Positions 54,221-64,000 of a stretch of 64,000 bases of DNA are shown here, in pieces. The notes beneath the pieces are model-generated. The model made no database searches, had not been told where the DNA came from, and worked only from the letters and a program-made list of their open reading frames with translations. The first letter of the stretch is position 1, and every line of letters begins with the position of its first letter. Origin of the DNA: a virus (Duplodnaviria; Caudoviricetes); IMG/VR virus record IMGVR_UViG_3300030330_000562, positions 22,434 to 86,433 of that record; one strand, 5' to 3'. The position numbers and the translations under genes were made by a program.

Positions 54221-57200
54221 ATGGTGCAAGCAACAGATGAGCAACTTTTAGAGGCTGCTAGAAGTGGAGACTACTCTGCTATAATGAACACTCCTGATCG
54301 TTATGGTCAAATACCTGCTGAACATACTGAAGCAAATCGAAAGTTAAAGGAGCTTCAGTATGCAGGTTCTCAATTACTTAAAAAAGAAAATGCTATGCAG
54401 GGTGTTAAAACTGGTGATTACAGTGGTGCTACTCGTGATGCTCAGATGTTGTATGCTCCTCCTGGGGGAAAGGTAGACTATGACAGAACTCTTGGGTCAG
54501 GCTCTGCGGATACAACTAGAGATGCACAAGGAGATCTTCCAGGCACATCATCTAGAAAAGGTTACGCTGTTCTAGATCAAGCGAAAGATGCTGATGGTAA
54601 TCAGTACTTAGCTGTGTCAGGTAAAAACTCTAGCTTTATTGTAAAGATAGATGCTGATGGTAACCATGAAAGAGTAGAAACTACAAGCAGAAAAAAAGGT
54701 AAAAGATATAAAAACGAAAGTGTAGTCACTAGAGCTTTTGACAGATTTAAAGAAGGTTTGTCTGTTCCTAGTGATGATGATGATACTGTAGATTCAGATC
54801 CTATTGATGATGATAATATTTTAGATGATTCTTCAGATGATCCTGTAAGTGGGTCTGTAGAGGATACAATCGAAAACATTGATACAACATCATCTCCTAT
54901 AGACGATAGTGTAGCAGGAGAAAATTTTACTTCTACAGTACCTTCTACAGAAATAGTAGATATAGGAGCAGATGAAGTAGCTCCAATAGACCCTAATGTT
55001 TCTCAAACAGTAGTTCAAGATGTTGCACCAGTTACATATCAAGATCCAGTAACTCAAGTTAATAATAATTTTGGTACTGGAAGCACCGCTAGTTCTACTG
55101 CAGATATGACTACTTCAATTACATCTCCTACAACAGATTATGTTGCAGGTAGTGTAGCTCCTCAAGCTGCTGTTAGCGGTACTTTTAGCCAACCAACTTC
55201 AACTGCTGGTTTGTCTGCAGTACCAAATCAAATAACTTACAAAACACAGTATGCAGGGACTCAAGGGGCAGTGCCAGAAAATTTAATAACTAATGCTCCT
55301 GGTACAGGTCAAAGTATTACCACAGGCTACCAACAAATTCCTTATGAAAATAAATTTACTGGTCAAAAAATGACGGTAACAGAATTTAATGGTCAACCTA
55401 TTACATATGTGCCACCAGGTTTTACAAAAGTAGTTCAGTCTACGACAGGTATGGCAGAGGGCGGTGATATGAATAGAGATACTGTTTTAGCTAAAAAGTT
55501 TTTAGGTTTTAAAGGATCACCTAGTGAATTAGAAGGATTTCTAGCATCTAATCCAGGTGCTGCAGCTCGTATGGGTAAATACAGATCTGCTATGACTAAT
55601 AGAAATTTAAATGTAGTTCCTAATCAAGCTAATATAGCAGGACAACCTCATAGACTCGCTTATGTAAATCCACAAGAAGAAAAACTTCTTAAAGCTGCAG
55701 GAGGATCTGGACAACCTTCTTTTGGTGGTATACCAACTTATTTTTCTCTGTCACCTGACCCTAATAATCCACCAGAAGTAGGGTCTGTTACAACTGATCC
55801 AACTACAGGATATAAGTACACTTGGAATGGAACTTCTTATGATATTACAGATGCAGAAGGTAATACCGCAGGAACAACTGGAGGATTTGGTAACACAGGA
55901 GATCAAGGTTCAACAGGTCAACCTGCAGGTATAAATCAAGACCAATTTCAAGCTATGGGACAAAATCTCGTAGGTCAAACTATGCAACCAATACAAGCTG
56001 GGGTTGCTGGTATTATACCAACTTCAGGTGATTTTATACCTGTAGATGCAGGTCAAACTGTTCCTCAAGCTCCTTTTGCTGAGGCCGCTACTGCAGACAC
56101 GGTTTCCGTTGCAGGTCAGCCTATTATACCCACAGTATCTACAGCAGATACAACTGCTACAACAGAGGATGTAAAAAAAGAGACAGATGCTTTAACAGCT
56201 CAAACATTAAGTGATTTGACAGATACGGTTGAAGGTCAAACTGACTATACAACTAATTTATCAGATTTAACTTCTGCATCTGGTGAATATAAATCTGTTC
56301 AAGAAGTTGCAGGAGAAGATGGAGTTCCAGTGAGAACTTTAGATACAACTACAGGGGGAGTTGGTGAACTAGTTGACGGATCAACTGTAGATCAACAAAG
56401 AGTTGGAGAAGCTTTTGGTACTGGTGAAGTACAAGCTGCTTCTGTACAAGATGAGTTAGCAGGTCTTATGCAGCAGTTTGAAGGTGGTAATACACCTGCT
56501 TGGGCTGCAGGGTCTATGAGAAGGGCCACTGCAATAATGGCACAAAGAGGTCTTGGCGCTTCATCTATGGCAGGTCAGGCTATTATACAAGCTGCTATGG
56601 AAGCTGCCCTACCTATTGCACAAATAGATGCAGGTAACAAGCAGCAAATGGCTTTGTTCAAAGCAGAGCAAAGAGCTAAATTTTTAAATATAGAGTTTGA
56701 TCAGTCATTTCAAGCTAAAGTTATAAATGCAGCTAAAATATCTGAAATAGCTAATATGAATTTTAATGCAGAGCAACAAATTGTATTAGAAAACTCAAAA
56801 GCTGCAAATACAATGGAACTTGCTAATCTTAATAATAAGCAAGCATTGCTTATGTCTGAAGCAGCCGCTTTAGCTAATCTAGAGATGGCTAGCTTAAATA
56901 ATTTACAACAGGCTGAAGTTCAAAATGCTCAAAACTTTTTACAGATGGACATGGCTAATTTAAGTAATGAGCAACAAACTGAAATATTTAAAACTCAACA
57001 AAATATTTCTGCTATATTTAATGATGCAGCCGCTGAAAATGCAGCATCTCAATTTAATGCTACAAGTGAAAATCAGACAAATCAATTTTTTGCTAATCTG
57101 TCGTCTATAGTATCACAGTTTAATGCGTCTCAAGCTAATGCTATGGATCAATTTAATATAAATAATATTAACTCTCTTAGAAAATTTAATTCTGAAATGC

Positions 57201-57574
57201 AACAGCAAAGAGATTTATTTAATGCACAAAATGGGTTAGTTATAGCTCAAGCTAATGCTAAATGGAGACAGAATATTGCAACTTTAAATACTGCTGCTCA
57301 AAACGAAAGTAATATGGATTTTGCTAAAACTATAAATGCTTTATCAGCTAAGAATCTAGATGAGATATGGCAAAGAGAACGTGATATTATGAGTAATGCT
57401 TTTATTTCTTCTGAATCTGCTATGGATAGAGCACTTCAAATTATTCTTGGAGATAAATCTCTAGAATCTATAAGATTGCAATTAGAAACTAAAAAAGATA
57501 TAGCTGATACAGAACTTTTTAGTAGGTTTTTATTTGGCACTGGAGATGATAGCTTTAGTTTATTTGGGCAATAG
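54221..57574 (+). CDS. Large internal virion protein
   Basis: 1117 aa with low-complexity D/T/Q-rich stretches, MAEGG, an HRLAYVNPQE..LL..AGGSG domain, and N/Q/A-rich C-terminal repeats. Confidence 0.7.
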   Translation: MVQATDEQLLEAARSGDYSAIMNTPDRYGQIPAEHTEANRKLKELQYAGSQLLKKENAMQGVKTGDYSGATRDAQMLYAPPGGKVDYDRTLGSGSADTTRDAQGDLPGTSSRKGYAVLDQAKDADGNQYLAVSGKNSSFIVKIDADGNHERVETTSRKKGKRYKNESVVTRAFDRFKEGLSVPSDDDDTVDSDPIDDDNILDDSSDDPVSGSVEDTIENIDTTSSPIDDSVAGENFTSTVPSTEIVDIGADEVAPIDPNVSQTVVQDVAPVTYQDPVTQVNNNFGTGSTASSTADMTTSITSPTTDYVAGSVAPQAAVSGTFSQPTSTAGLSAVPNQITYKTQYAGTQGAVPENLITNAPGTGQSITTGYQQIPYENKFTGQKMTVTEFNGQPITYVPPGFTKVVQSTTGMAEGGDMNRDTVLAKKFLGFKGSPSELEGFLASNPGAAARMGKYRSAMTNRNLNVVPNQANIAGQPHRLAYVNPQEEKLLKAAGGSGQPSFGGIPTYFSLSPDPNNPPEVGSVTTDPTTGYKYTWNGTSYDITDAEGNTAGTTGGFGNTGDQGSTGQPAGINQDQFQAMGQNLVGQTMQPIQAGVAGIIPTSGDFIPVDAGQTVPQAPFAEAATADTVSVAGQPIIPTVSTADTTATTEDVKKETDALTAQTLSDLTDTVEGQTDYTTNLSDLTSASGEYKSVQEVAGEDGVPVRTLDTTTGGVGELVDGSTVDQQRVGEAFGTGEVQAASVQDELAGLMQQFEGGNTPAWAAGSMRRATAIMAQRGLGASSMAGQAIIQAAMEAALPIAQIDAGNKQQMALFKAEQRAKFLNIEFDQSFQAKVINAAKISEIANMNFNAEQQIVLENSKAANTMELANLNNKQALLMSEAAALANLEMASLNNLQQAEVQNAQNFLQMDMANLSNEQQTEIFKTQQNISAIFNDAAAENAASQFNATSENQTNQFFANLSSIVSQFNASQANAMDQFNINNINSLRKFNSEMQQQRDLFNAQNGLVIAQANAKWRQNIATLNTAAQNESNMDFAKTINALSAKNLDEIWQRERDIMSNAFISSESAMDRALQIILGDKSLESIRLQLETKKDIADTELFSRFLFGTGDDSFSLFGQ

Positions 57575-57612
57575 TAGCCAAGTCATAAAATATTAATTAA
57601 GGGTATATAGGT

Positions 57613-57894
57613 ATGAGTTTTAATTATAGAAAAGCATATATAGATTTAGACGAAGCTATTAAAGCAGGTGGTTTAACTGCAGTAAAAGCTTCTAAAAGTA
57701 TACGAGAGTCAAGGCAAGGATTAATGAGTTCTAGTACAGATAAAATAGAAGAGATGATAGAAGATGATTATTCTGATGATATTCGTATATTAAAAAAGTT
57801 TAATGATGTTAAAGAGTCTAATAAAAGGTTAATAGAAAGAATTAAAACTGAAATAGAAGTAGAGGACGAAGGGGATAAAGATGAAGATAACTGA
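57613..57894 (+). CDS. Small virion-cluster protein (copy B)
   Basis: 93 aa, in the position where copy A has a lysozyme-like C-terminus. Confidence 0.6.
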   Translation: MSFNYRKAYIDLDEAIKAGGLTAVKASKSIRESRQGLMSSSTDKIEEMIEDDYSDDIRILKKFNDVKESNKRLIERIKTEIEVEDEGDKDEDN

Positions 57895-58375
57895 TAGACC
57901 AATACCAGGTCAATCTTTAACGGCTGAACCAAGAAGTCAGCCCTTTGAAAGACCCCCTGAAATAGTTGATCCGATAGAAGCCATAGATGCACATATAGAT
58001 AATCTTTCTAATAAAGATGCAGTAGAAGATTTAATTTATTTTGCTGAGTTTGGTGTAGATCTAGTTACCTTAGTTCAAGGTATACTTAGAAGTGCAGTTA
58101 TGGAAGGTATACACAGTATTGATTTAAGTTTAATAATTGCACCTGTTTTACATGAACATATCAAAGGTATACTAGATGCTTCTGGAGTAGAGTACGAAGA
58201 AGGTTTTGAAGATAAAGAAGGTAAGAAAGCTCTAAACTATAAACGTGATGTAGAACGTGCAAAGAGGATGTTGGGTCAATTAGATCCTGAACCAGAGGTT
58301 GTAGAAGAAAAAGAAGAACCTATGGAAATAAAAGAAGAGCCAGAAGTTAAGACTGGCCTAATGGCGAGGATGTAA
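57881..58375 (+). CDS. Conserved virion-associated protein (copy B)
   Basis: Homolog of 175..696. Confidence 0.8.
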   Translation: MKITDRPIPGQSLTAEPRSQPFERPPEIVDPIEAIDAHIDNLSNKDAVEDLIYFAEFGVDLVTLVQGILRSAVMEGIHSIDLSLIIAPVLHEHIKGILDASGVEYEEGFEDKEGKKALNYKRDVERAKRMLGQLDPEPEVVEEKEEPMEIKEEPEVKTGLMARM

Positions 58376-58377
58376 TC

Positions 58378-59235
58378 ATGGGTTGGAACTCTCAAGGAGC
58401 ACTTAACTATTTTAAAGATCAAGATCTTAGAAAAGAGAAAGAAGAAGAAAGAGCATTAGAAAGAGAAAACGCATTGTTTGCTCTGACTCTTGAAAGCATG
58501 AAAGCTAGAAATAAATATCGTACTGGTGAAAAATATACTTCGGCTATAAGTGCAAATAAAACTTTACGTAGTAATCTTATGAATGCTGATTTAACTCCAG
58601 AAGATTTAGCTTTCTATGAGCCTATATTAGAAGACCCTTTTGCTTCAAAGTTTGTAGAAGATTTTATAGCAGAACGTGCAGATCAAGGTTTAAATATAAC
58701 ATACTCTATGATACCTAGTATGTTAAATGTTGTATCGTCTGATGCACCTGAAACTGAAAAGATAGATTTTATAGAAAGAATTACAGGAGCAGATCTCACA
58801 GGAAAAGAAGGTAAAGAACTTTATAGAAAGTTGGCAACAGAAATAGTCTCTGCTCCAACTGAGATTCAATCAACACTTCTTATTAGCCCAAAGCCAGGTA
58901 TGAATATAAACGTAAAGAACAGAGATGCCTACAATAAAGAGATGGTTAAGAAAGTTGAAGCTCAAGTAATGCCTATGGCTAGGACTATACGAGACAATTC
59001 ATTAACAGAGAGGGGTAGATCAGACCCTGAAGTACAAAGATTAACAAGACTTATAAAACAAGTTGAAGAAGGTGGATCTGGAGCAGAAGCTGCATTAAGA
59101 CTGTTATTAGAAACTGTTCAATATGATAAAAATTCTTTTGATGAACTTGTAAGACTATACCCAATGGATTTTATAAGTTGGGAAACAAATCCATTTTTAT
59201 CAGGTATACCTGAATTATTTCCAGATTTAGATTAA
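58378..59235 (+). CDS. Putative internal virion/ejection protein (copy B)
   Basis: 285 aa, syntenic with 699..1661. Confidence 0.6.
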   Translation: MGWNSQGALNYFKDQDLRKEKEEERALERENALFALTLESMKARNKYRTGEKYTSAISANKTLRSNLMNADLTPEDLAFYEPILEDPFASKFVEDFIAERADQGLNITYSMIPSMLNVVSSDAPETEKIDFIERITGADLTGKEGKELYRKLATEIVSAPTEIQSTLLISPKPGMNINVKNRDAYNKEMVKKVEAQVMPMARTIRDNSLTERGRSDPEVQRLTRLIKQVEEGGSGAEAALRLLLETVQYDKNSFDELVRLYPMDFISWETNPFLSGIPELFPDLD

Positions 59236-59246
59236 AAGAGTAGTAA

Positions 59247-62200
59247 ATGGCTCAAGTTACAATACAAGATCTGAGAGATAATTATCCTCAGTATATAGAT
59301 CTAACAGACGATCAGTTAGCAGAAAAATATTCTGCAAAGACTGGTATACAGGTTATGTTTCCTGACTCTGAGATAACTACAGCTCAGGGTCTATTACCTG
59401 AAGCTGGAACATACTCTCAAGACGATATGGTAGATGACTCTATCTATCCAATTATTGAAAATTATATGTTAGACAGATATGGGACTCAGTCTGTAAAAGA
59501 TAGATCAAGAGAAGATGTTGTAGATATGTATCTCAACAATCGTAGAGGTGTGTCTGTAGGAAACACTGTTCGTGGTCTATCAGAAATGGACTATATAAAT
59601 AACATACAGGAAGACAAAGATAAGGTAGCCAGAGCTGCTGCTGCTTATCAACTATATGAAAATATGGCAGGTTTGTATAGTAAAGAAACTGATCTGGGTG
59701 AAAGAGTAGAAGGCACTGTTGATTTTATAAGAAGTGCTTTACTTGACCCAGCAAACTTACTAGCTGGATTTTTAGGTAGAGCTGCAGCAGGTGGCTCTAT
59801 TCGTGTTGGTACAGAGGTAGCTAAAAGAACTGCTTTAAACGAGATGAAAAAGCAGCCTACTAAACAATTAGAAAAGAAAGTTGGTCAAAAATTATTTGCT
59901 GATGGTTTAGAGACTGCACGTAAGGTAGCTAAGCAAAAAATAAACGACTATGCTCAAAAAACTTTAGGTAAAACTGCCAAGCAACGTTTACTGACTAGAG
60001 CAGCTATTAAAGAGGTAGTCACTGTTGCAACTGTAGATGCTGCAATAGGTGCTGGTATGGAATACCTGTATCAAGATGGTCTTGTTGATGTTGATGCACA
60101 AGAAGATATAAACTACTATGCAGTTGGTATATCTGCTCTTGGTGGTATAGTTCTTGGTGCATTACAAGTAGGGTTTATTGCAAAACGTGGTAAATCAGAT
60201 ACTGCAGTACAAACAGCAGAAATACCTGAACCAGAAACTGAAGGTTTTCTTTCTGAGGCATCACAAGCTATAGGTAAATATCTTGAGCAAGACGTTGTGC
60301 CTATTTCTAGAGATTGGAAAACAAAGATAAAAGGTGGTGCAGTATTATCTAAAGATAGTTTAGATTTTAGCACAGATTTTTTTAAGACATTATTGTTAGG
60401 TCATACAAAAGATGATAAAGTTGTTTTTAAAGGTATGACACAGATTGCCTACGAGAGAGGTTTTGTTTGGGCAAGACGTTTTGAAGGTGATCGGTTTACC
60501 AACTGGATGGCTGATATAATTTCAAGTGTAAGTGATAAAGAAGCTAGAGGTTATTTAAAAGCTATAGAAAAAGCAACTGGAAATAAAATTATTGTAAAGG
60601 ACGATGCAGGTAAAGTTATACCTCGTAATAAAGTTACTGGTAAAGACATAGGAGATATACTTGCATACAAAATGTCAGAGGCAGGTGCAACACTTGGAGC
60701 AGCAGGACAGTCAGCAAAACAACTGGGACTATCAATAAGTGATCTAGAGTTAAAAGATTTATATGAATCTGCTATAGATGCAGGTTTTGTAAAAACTAAG
60801 AAGAAATCTAAAGAGCCAAGCATAGTAGCAGAATCCTTTGCAAAAAATCAAAATAGACTAATTAGACTTTTAGTTTCTCACCCATCTACCAGTGCTCTAA
60901 ATGTTATTGGTTGGGGTGCTAATACATCTCTACAAAGTATGTCTGATATAACTTTATCTTTGTTATTAGCAGGTAGGGGAACTATACAAAAACTTTTAGG
61001 TGATGTAGAAAAAGGTGCTAAGACACAAAAGTTAGCTGCAAATTTAATCAAGTCAAATGCACAAAGAGTTTCTTTTTTGTTTGACCCTGACATGACCTAC
61101 ACAGCTTTTGAGTCTGCCTTACAAAGAAACTCTGCTGCTTTAGAGAGATTAAACAGTGTTCTTCCTGGAGGTATAGAGGGAACTAATAGATTATTAACAG
61201 ATGGTAAATTTAGTCCCGATCAAAAACTTTGGGGTATGAAGACTGATGCAAAGATTGATTTTATACAAAAGTTAACTCTCGTGCAAGCTCAAGATCTTTA
61301 TACTAAGTCACAAGAATTTTTGTTTCAGATGGACAAAAAACTTAGGATGGCTACAGGTAAAGGTTGGAATGAGTTTTATAGATCACCCGATGCTGCTCAG
61401 TATATGGCTACTAAAGAGTATCGTAACATTGAAGCCAGTGCAGTTGATGATACATTAGAAGCTATATTTTCTAAGTCTTATAAAGGAAGAGACACAATAG
61501 GAACTCTAGCAGGATATTTAGAAGATGCTAGGAATATACCTGGATTAGGTATGGCAGTACCCTTTGGTAGATTTTTTAACAACACTATAGCTTTTATGGG
61601 AAAGAATACTCCTGGCCTAAATATGGTGCTGAGGGGAGCTGGATACTATGATAGTATGGCAAAGGGAGAAGCATTCTCTAGAAGTCTAGTTACCGCAGGT
61701 ATTTTATATACATTATCTGATCAAGAGATAGAAAATGTTAAGCAAGGACTTCCTGTTTATACTGCTGTAGATCCAATATCAGGACAACTGGTAGATCAGA
61801 AGTATGACTTTCCAGTATCAGCATACAGGATGGGTGCTAGGATTGTTGCGTTAAGTCGTATGGGAGAAAGCCAACAAGCAATGTCTATGTTTGGTCAGTT
61901 TAGTCAGGACTTTGGTGCCTCTGGTTTGTTAAGAAACTTAGATACAGCTCAAAGAGATACATTAGAGGCTATAAAATTTATGGTTGATCCTGAAAGACGT
62001 GACATAGTTAAAGGAGCAGAGATTGCTAGTATAACTCTTGCGAGTCAGTTTATAAATCCAATAATAAGACCTTTAGAACCTTTAAATATTGCTGTTGGAA
62101 TTGTAGCAGGAGCAGATGCAGCTCCTATAGATAGAAAACAAAACAACAAACTTGTTAATAATGCGTTTAGATATATAGATAATATTATACCTTTGTTTAC

Positions 62201-62759
62201 AGGAGAACGTTTAGCAGAACCTAAGCAGACTGCTGCAGGTGGTAAAGCTGATATACAAACTACAAAAGTGTTAGGTGCAAGAACTATTAGTTTAACTGAT
62301 ACTAAAAGAGTCATGGCTAGAATGGGTTTAAGAGACTTTACATTAGATCTAGATAAGAAAGTAAAAGATCTAGCTCCAGCCGCAGCTAATGCTTATCATG
62401 GTATCTTTCATGATGTAATAGAGGCTGAGTCTAGTTTACTGTTAGAGTCCACATGGTTTGAGAGTTTATCTCCAGAGGAAAAGCTTAGGCATTGGAAATC
62501 AGAAGTTTTACCTAGAGCAAGAGATCTATCTAAATCTTTTTTAAGACTTCAATCCTCTGGACCTGATGATGTTACAAACCAACAGTTTGAAATAGCTAGT
62601 AAGTATAATAAAAAAGATATTACAAAAGGTTTAAAAGAATTAAACCTAGGTGACTTTGATGAATTAGAATACGAAGAATTATTTATATTAGAGAGGTTCT
62701 TAGAGACACAGAAAGATTTACAAGATCTTTCGATAGAGATGCAGAGATTCGGAGGTTAA
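59247..62759 (+). CDS. Large internal virion/ejection protein (copy B)
   Basis: 1170 aa, distant homolog of 1662..5309. Confidence 0.7.
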   Translation: MAQVTIQDLRDNYPQYIDLTDDQLAEKYSAKTGIQVMFPDSEITTAQGLLPEAGTYSQDDMVDDSIYPIIENYMLDRYGTQSVKDRSREDVVDMYLNNRRGVSVGNTVRGLSEMDYINNIQEDKDKVARAAAAYQLYENMAGLYSKETDLGERVEGTVDFIRSALLDPANLLAGFLGRAAAGGSIRVGTEVAKRTALNEMKKQPTKQLEKKVGQKLFADGLETARKVAKQKINDYAQKTLGKTAKQRLLTRAAIKEVVTVATVDAAIGAGMEYLYQDGLVDVDAQEDINYYAVGISALGGIVLGALQVGFIAKRGKSDTAVQTAEIPEPETEGFLSEASQAIGKYLEQDVVPISRDWKTKIKGGAVLSKDSLDFSTDFFKTLLLGHTKDDKVVFKGMTQIAYERGFVWARRFEGDRFTNWMADIISSVSDKEARGYLKAIEKATGNKIIVKDDAGKVIPRNKVTGKDIGDILAYKMSEAGATLGAAGQSAKQLGLSISDLELKDLYESAIDAGFVKTKKKSKEPSIVAESFAKNQNRLIRLLVSHPSTSALNVIGWGANTSLQSMSDITLSLLLAGRGTIQKLLGDVEKGAKTQKLAANLIKSNAQRVSFLFDPDMTYTAFESALQRNSAALERLNSVLPGGIEGTNRLLTDGKFSPDQKLWGMKTDAKIDFIQKLTLVQAQDLYTKSQEFLFQMDKKLRMATGKGWNEFYRSPDAAQYMATKEYRNIEASAVDDTLEAIFSKSYKGRDTIGTLAGYLEDARNIPGLGMAVPFGRFFNNTIAFMGKNTPGLNMVLRGAGYYDSMAKGEAFSRSLVTAGILYTLSDQEIENVKQGLPVYTAVDPISGQLVDQKYDFPVSAYRMGARIVALSRMGESQQAMSMFGQFSQDFGASGLLRNLDTAQRDTLEAIKFMVDPERRDIVKGAEIASITLASQFINPIIRPLEPLNIAVGIVAGADAAPIDRKQNNKLVNNAFRYIDNIIPLFTGERLAEPKQTAAGGKADIQTTKVLGARTISLTDTKRVMARMGLRDFTLDLDKKVKDLAPAAANAYHGIFHDVIEAESSLLLESTWFESLSPEEKLRHWKSEVLPRARDLSKSFLRLQSSGPDDVTNQQFEIASKYNKKDITKGLKELNLGDFDELEYEELFILERFLETQKDLQDLSIEMQRFGG

Positions 62760-62762
62760 AAT

Positions 62763-62789
62763 AAAGGGGGCTAAACGCCCCCTCTTTTT
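62763..62789. terminator. Bidirectional terminator (copy B)
   Basis: Same stem as 5313..5341. Confidence 0.9.
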
Positions 62790-63036
62790 ATGTATCATCT
62801 TCTAACATATAATCTGCCCAATCAAAAGATGCCTTTCGTATTTCTTCCATTCGCCATGTATTTCTGCCTGATGAAATAAAACCACCCATAGCTTGACCTG
62901 CTAAGTATAATCTAGGTGTTAGTTCTTTTACCTTAGCAGGTTTACGTTTTTGTCGAGCAAATTTTTTAGCTTCTTCTTCGAGACTCTTTGTCAAGTACTT
63001 GCTCCTTGTTTTTGAAGTAGGCTTTATTAAAGCCAA
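62788..63036 (-). CDS. Hypothetical protein (copy B of 5340..5588)
   Basis: Near-identical translation. Confidence 0.65.
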   Translation of the reverse strand: MALIKPTSKTRSKYLTKSLEEEAKKFARQKRKPAKVKELTPRLYLAGQAMGGFISSGRNTWRMEEIRKASFDWADYMLEDDT

Positions 63037-63172
63037 ACTCCCAGTCCCTATGATCCTTAGTGTTTGGAACGTAAGGATTAGTTAGGTTTCCTACTAGGAA
63101 ACCTCTGTAGCCTTGGTTAAACGGCTTGGCTACTTTCGTTTTTGTAGTTGTACTAGTGCGCTTAGATACCAT
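62966..63172 (-). CDS. RMF-like small protein (copy B)
   Basis: Near-identical to 5518..5724. Confidence 0.5.
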   Translation of the reverse strand: MVSKRTSTTTKTKVAKPFNQGYRGFLVGNLTNPYVPNTKDHRDWEFGFNKAYFKNKEQVLDKESRRRS

Positions 63173-63390
63173 TGTGCTTTCTCCAAATCTTGAACACCAT
63201 TTTTATATCTCCAACGGTGAAGATACTTTGCAATATTACCCCTATAGTAACCTATTAACTCTTCGTCTGTCAAGAAGTCTTCTATGTATTTAATACATTC
63301 TATTGTTCCTTGACCGTAGTGTTGAGGTTTACTTACTGGATCATAGTCATCAAGTCCTAACTCTGCTATTGCATCATCGACATTTATCAT
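63130..63390 (-). CDS. DUF3310 family protein (copy B, 16 aa shorter)
   Basis: Same signature as 5682..5990. Confidence 0.85.
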   Translation of the reverse strand: MINVDDAIAELGLDDYDPVSKPQHYGQGTIECIKYIEDFLTDEELIGYYRGNIAKYLHRWRYKNGVQDLEKAQWYLSALVQLQKRK

Positions 63391-63833
63391 AAGCTTATTA
63401 ACTCCGCTTCTTGGTATGGAATGTGAAAGAATGTCTCACCTTTTGGAATTCTCCTACCGACAGCAACCTTGAGTGTGTCATCTGTCATAAGAGTATCTTT
63501 TATACGCCACGCTTTGTCCATAAATTTATTTAAGACGTAAAAGTTTAACACTCCGTTTTGATCTTTATATTTTTCTACGAGTCTCCTTTTTCTTCCTGGA
63601 ATTCTAATCTCAGCCCAATGCTCAGGCCATTCATCTTTCCAAGATGACTTAACTTCTACTTCATTAAAATAAGTAAACCCATCTTTTGTAGAAATTATAT
63701 CAGCATCTCGGGTTTCTTTGTCCTTAACTATGGTATGTCCTTTTGATATTAGATAATCTGACAGAGTTTTCTTTGATGGCTCATCCACCAGATCATAAAT
63801 ATCTTTTCTAAAAGGTCTAACGTGAACTTGCAT
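63387..63833 (-). CDS. Putative PD-(D/E)XK nuclease-fold protein (copy B)
   Basis: Near-identical to 5987..6433. Confidence 0.5.
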   Translation of the reverse strand: MQVHVRPFRKDIYDLVDEPSKKTLSDYLISKGHTIVKDKETRDADIISTKDGFTYFNEVEVKSSWKDEWPEHWAEIRIPGRKRRLVEKYKDQNGVLNFYVLNKFMDKAWRIKDTLMTDDTLKVAVGRRIPKGETFFHIPYQEAELISL

Positions 63834-63834
63834 A

Positions 63835-64000
63835 TTATGCTCCTATATCTACTATTTCACAAACGTCACCAGTACAAGCAAGAGTTTGGCTGCTTGCAGT
63901 AGTATCTTCTTTTTCATACTCTGAAAGCTTTGCCCAGTCAATACTTTTTGGCATTATTTTTGATAATTTTTTATAATCGTCTTTTGTGCAACTTTGGTAT
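63835..64000 (-). CDS. nrdJ: Class II RNR, 3' end (partial, copy B)
   Basis: Matches 6435..6600. Confidence 0.9.
   Translation of the reverse strand, partial: YQSCTKDDYKKLSKIMPKSIDWAKLSEYEKEDTTASSQTLACTGDVCEIVDIGA

Larger units (their letters stand above)
62763..64000. repeat. Near-identical direct repeat of 5313..6600 (second genome copy)
   Basis: Offset 57448, then 57400 after a 48-bp indel in the DUF3310 gene. Scattered, mostly synonymous substitutions. Confidence 0.95.

Noticed and set aside
2531-62314. Numerous 60-150 aa ORFs antisense to or nested in long genes (e.g. 2531..2770, 26024..26482, 44916..45263, 60116..60373)
   Set aside because: They oppose the strand-uniform operon structure, lack SD sequences and recognisable motifs, and are expected by chance.
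1-64000. Firm assignment to Cobavirus or another named genus
   Set aside because: The two-arm layout, central terminator and class II RNR are shared with cobaviruses, but the roughly 57 kb unit and the recombinase differ from what I recall of that group. Assignment needs a phylogeny that I cannot run.

Overview
The window is entirely dsDNA podovirus-like phage sequence, most likely from a marine alphaproteobacterial (Roseobacter-type) host. The host call is inference from class II RNR, ThyX, a SleB-like hydrolase, and DUF1127- and DUF6127-like genes. The genome has two arms. A minus-strand early/replication arm (5.3-22.8 kb) carries nrdJ, mazG, a resolvase, ExoVIII-like nuclease, SSB, PolA, primase-helicase, thyX, a tyrosine recombinase, an M28 peptidase and a DenV-like glycosylase. 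A plus-strand lysis/packaging/structure arm (24.2-62.8 kb) is driven by sigma70-type promoters. The arms converge on a bidirectional terminator. No phage RNA polymerase, tRNA or CRISPR array was seen. The window is longer than one genome: the gene order repeats with a period of about 57.4 kb, but the two copies are not identical. The virion ejection genes at 1-5309 and 57613-62759 are highly divergent, whereas the sequence from the terminator onward is near-identical, so two related strains appear to be joined. The best leads are: a recurrent hydrophobic-x-x-G-G motif that marks domain boundaries in many late proteins; a repeated CC/C(U)AC RNA internal loop in the scaffold and capsid leaders; covarying early-gene hairpins; a duplicated palindromic AT-rich element; an unannotated DUF1127 gene with an operator and a sequestered SD; a PcfJ-like/M28 peptidase early pair; and a tail scaffold family with swappable inserts. 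All family names are recognised by eye from motifs; no searches were run.
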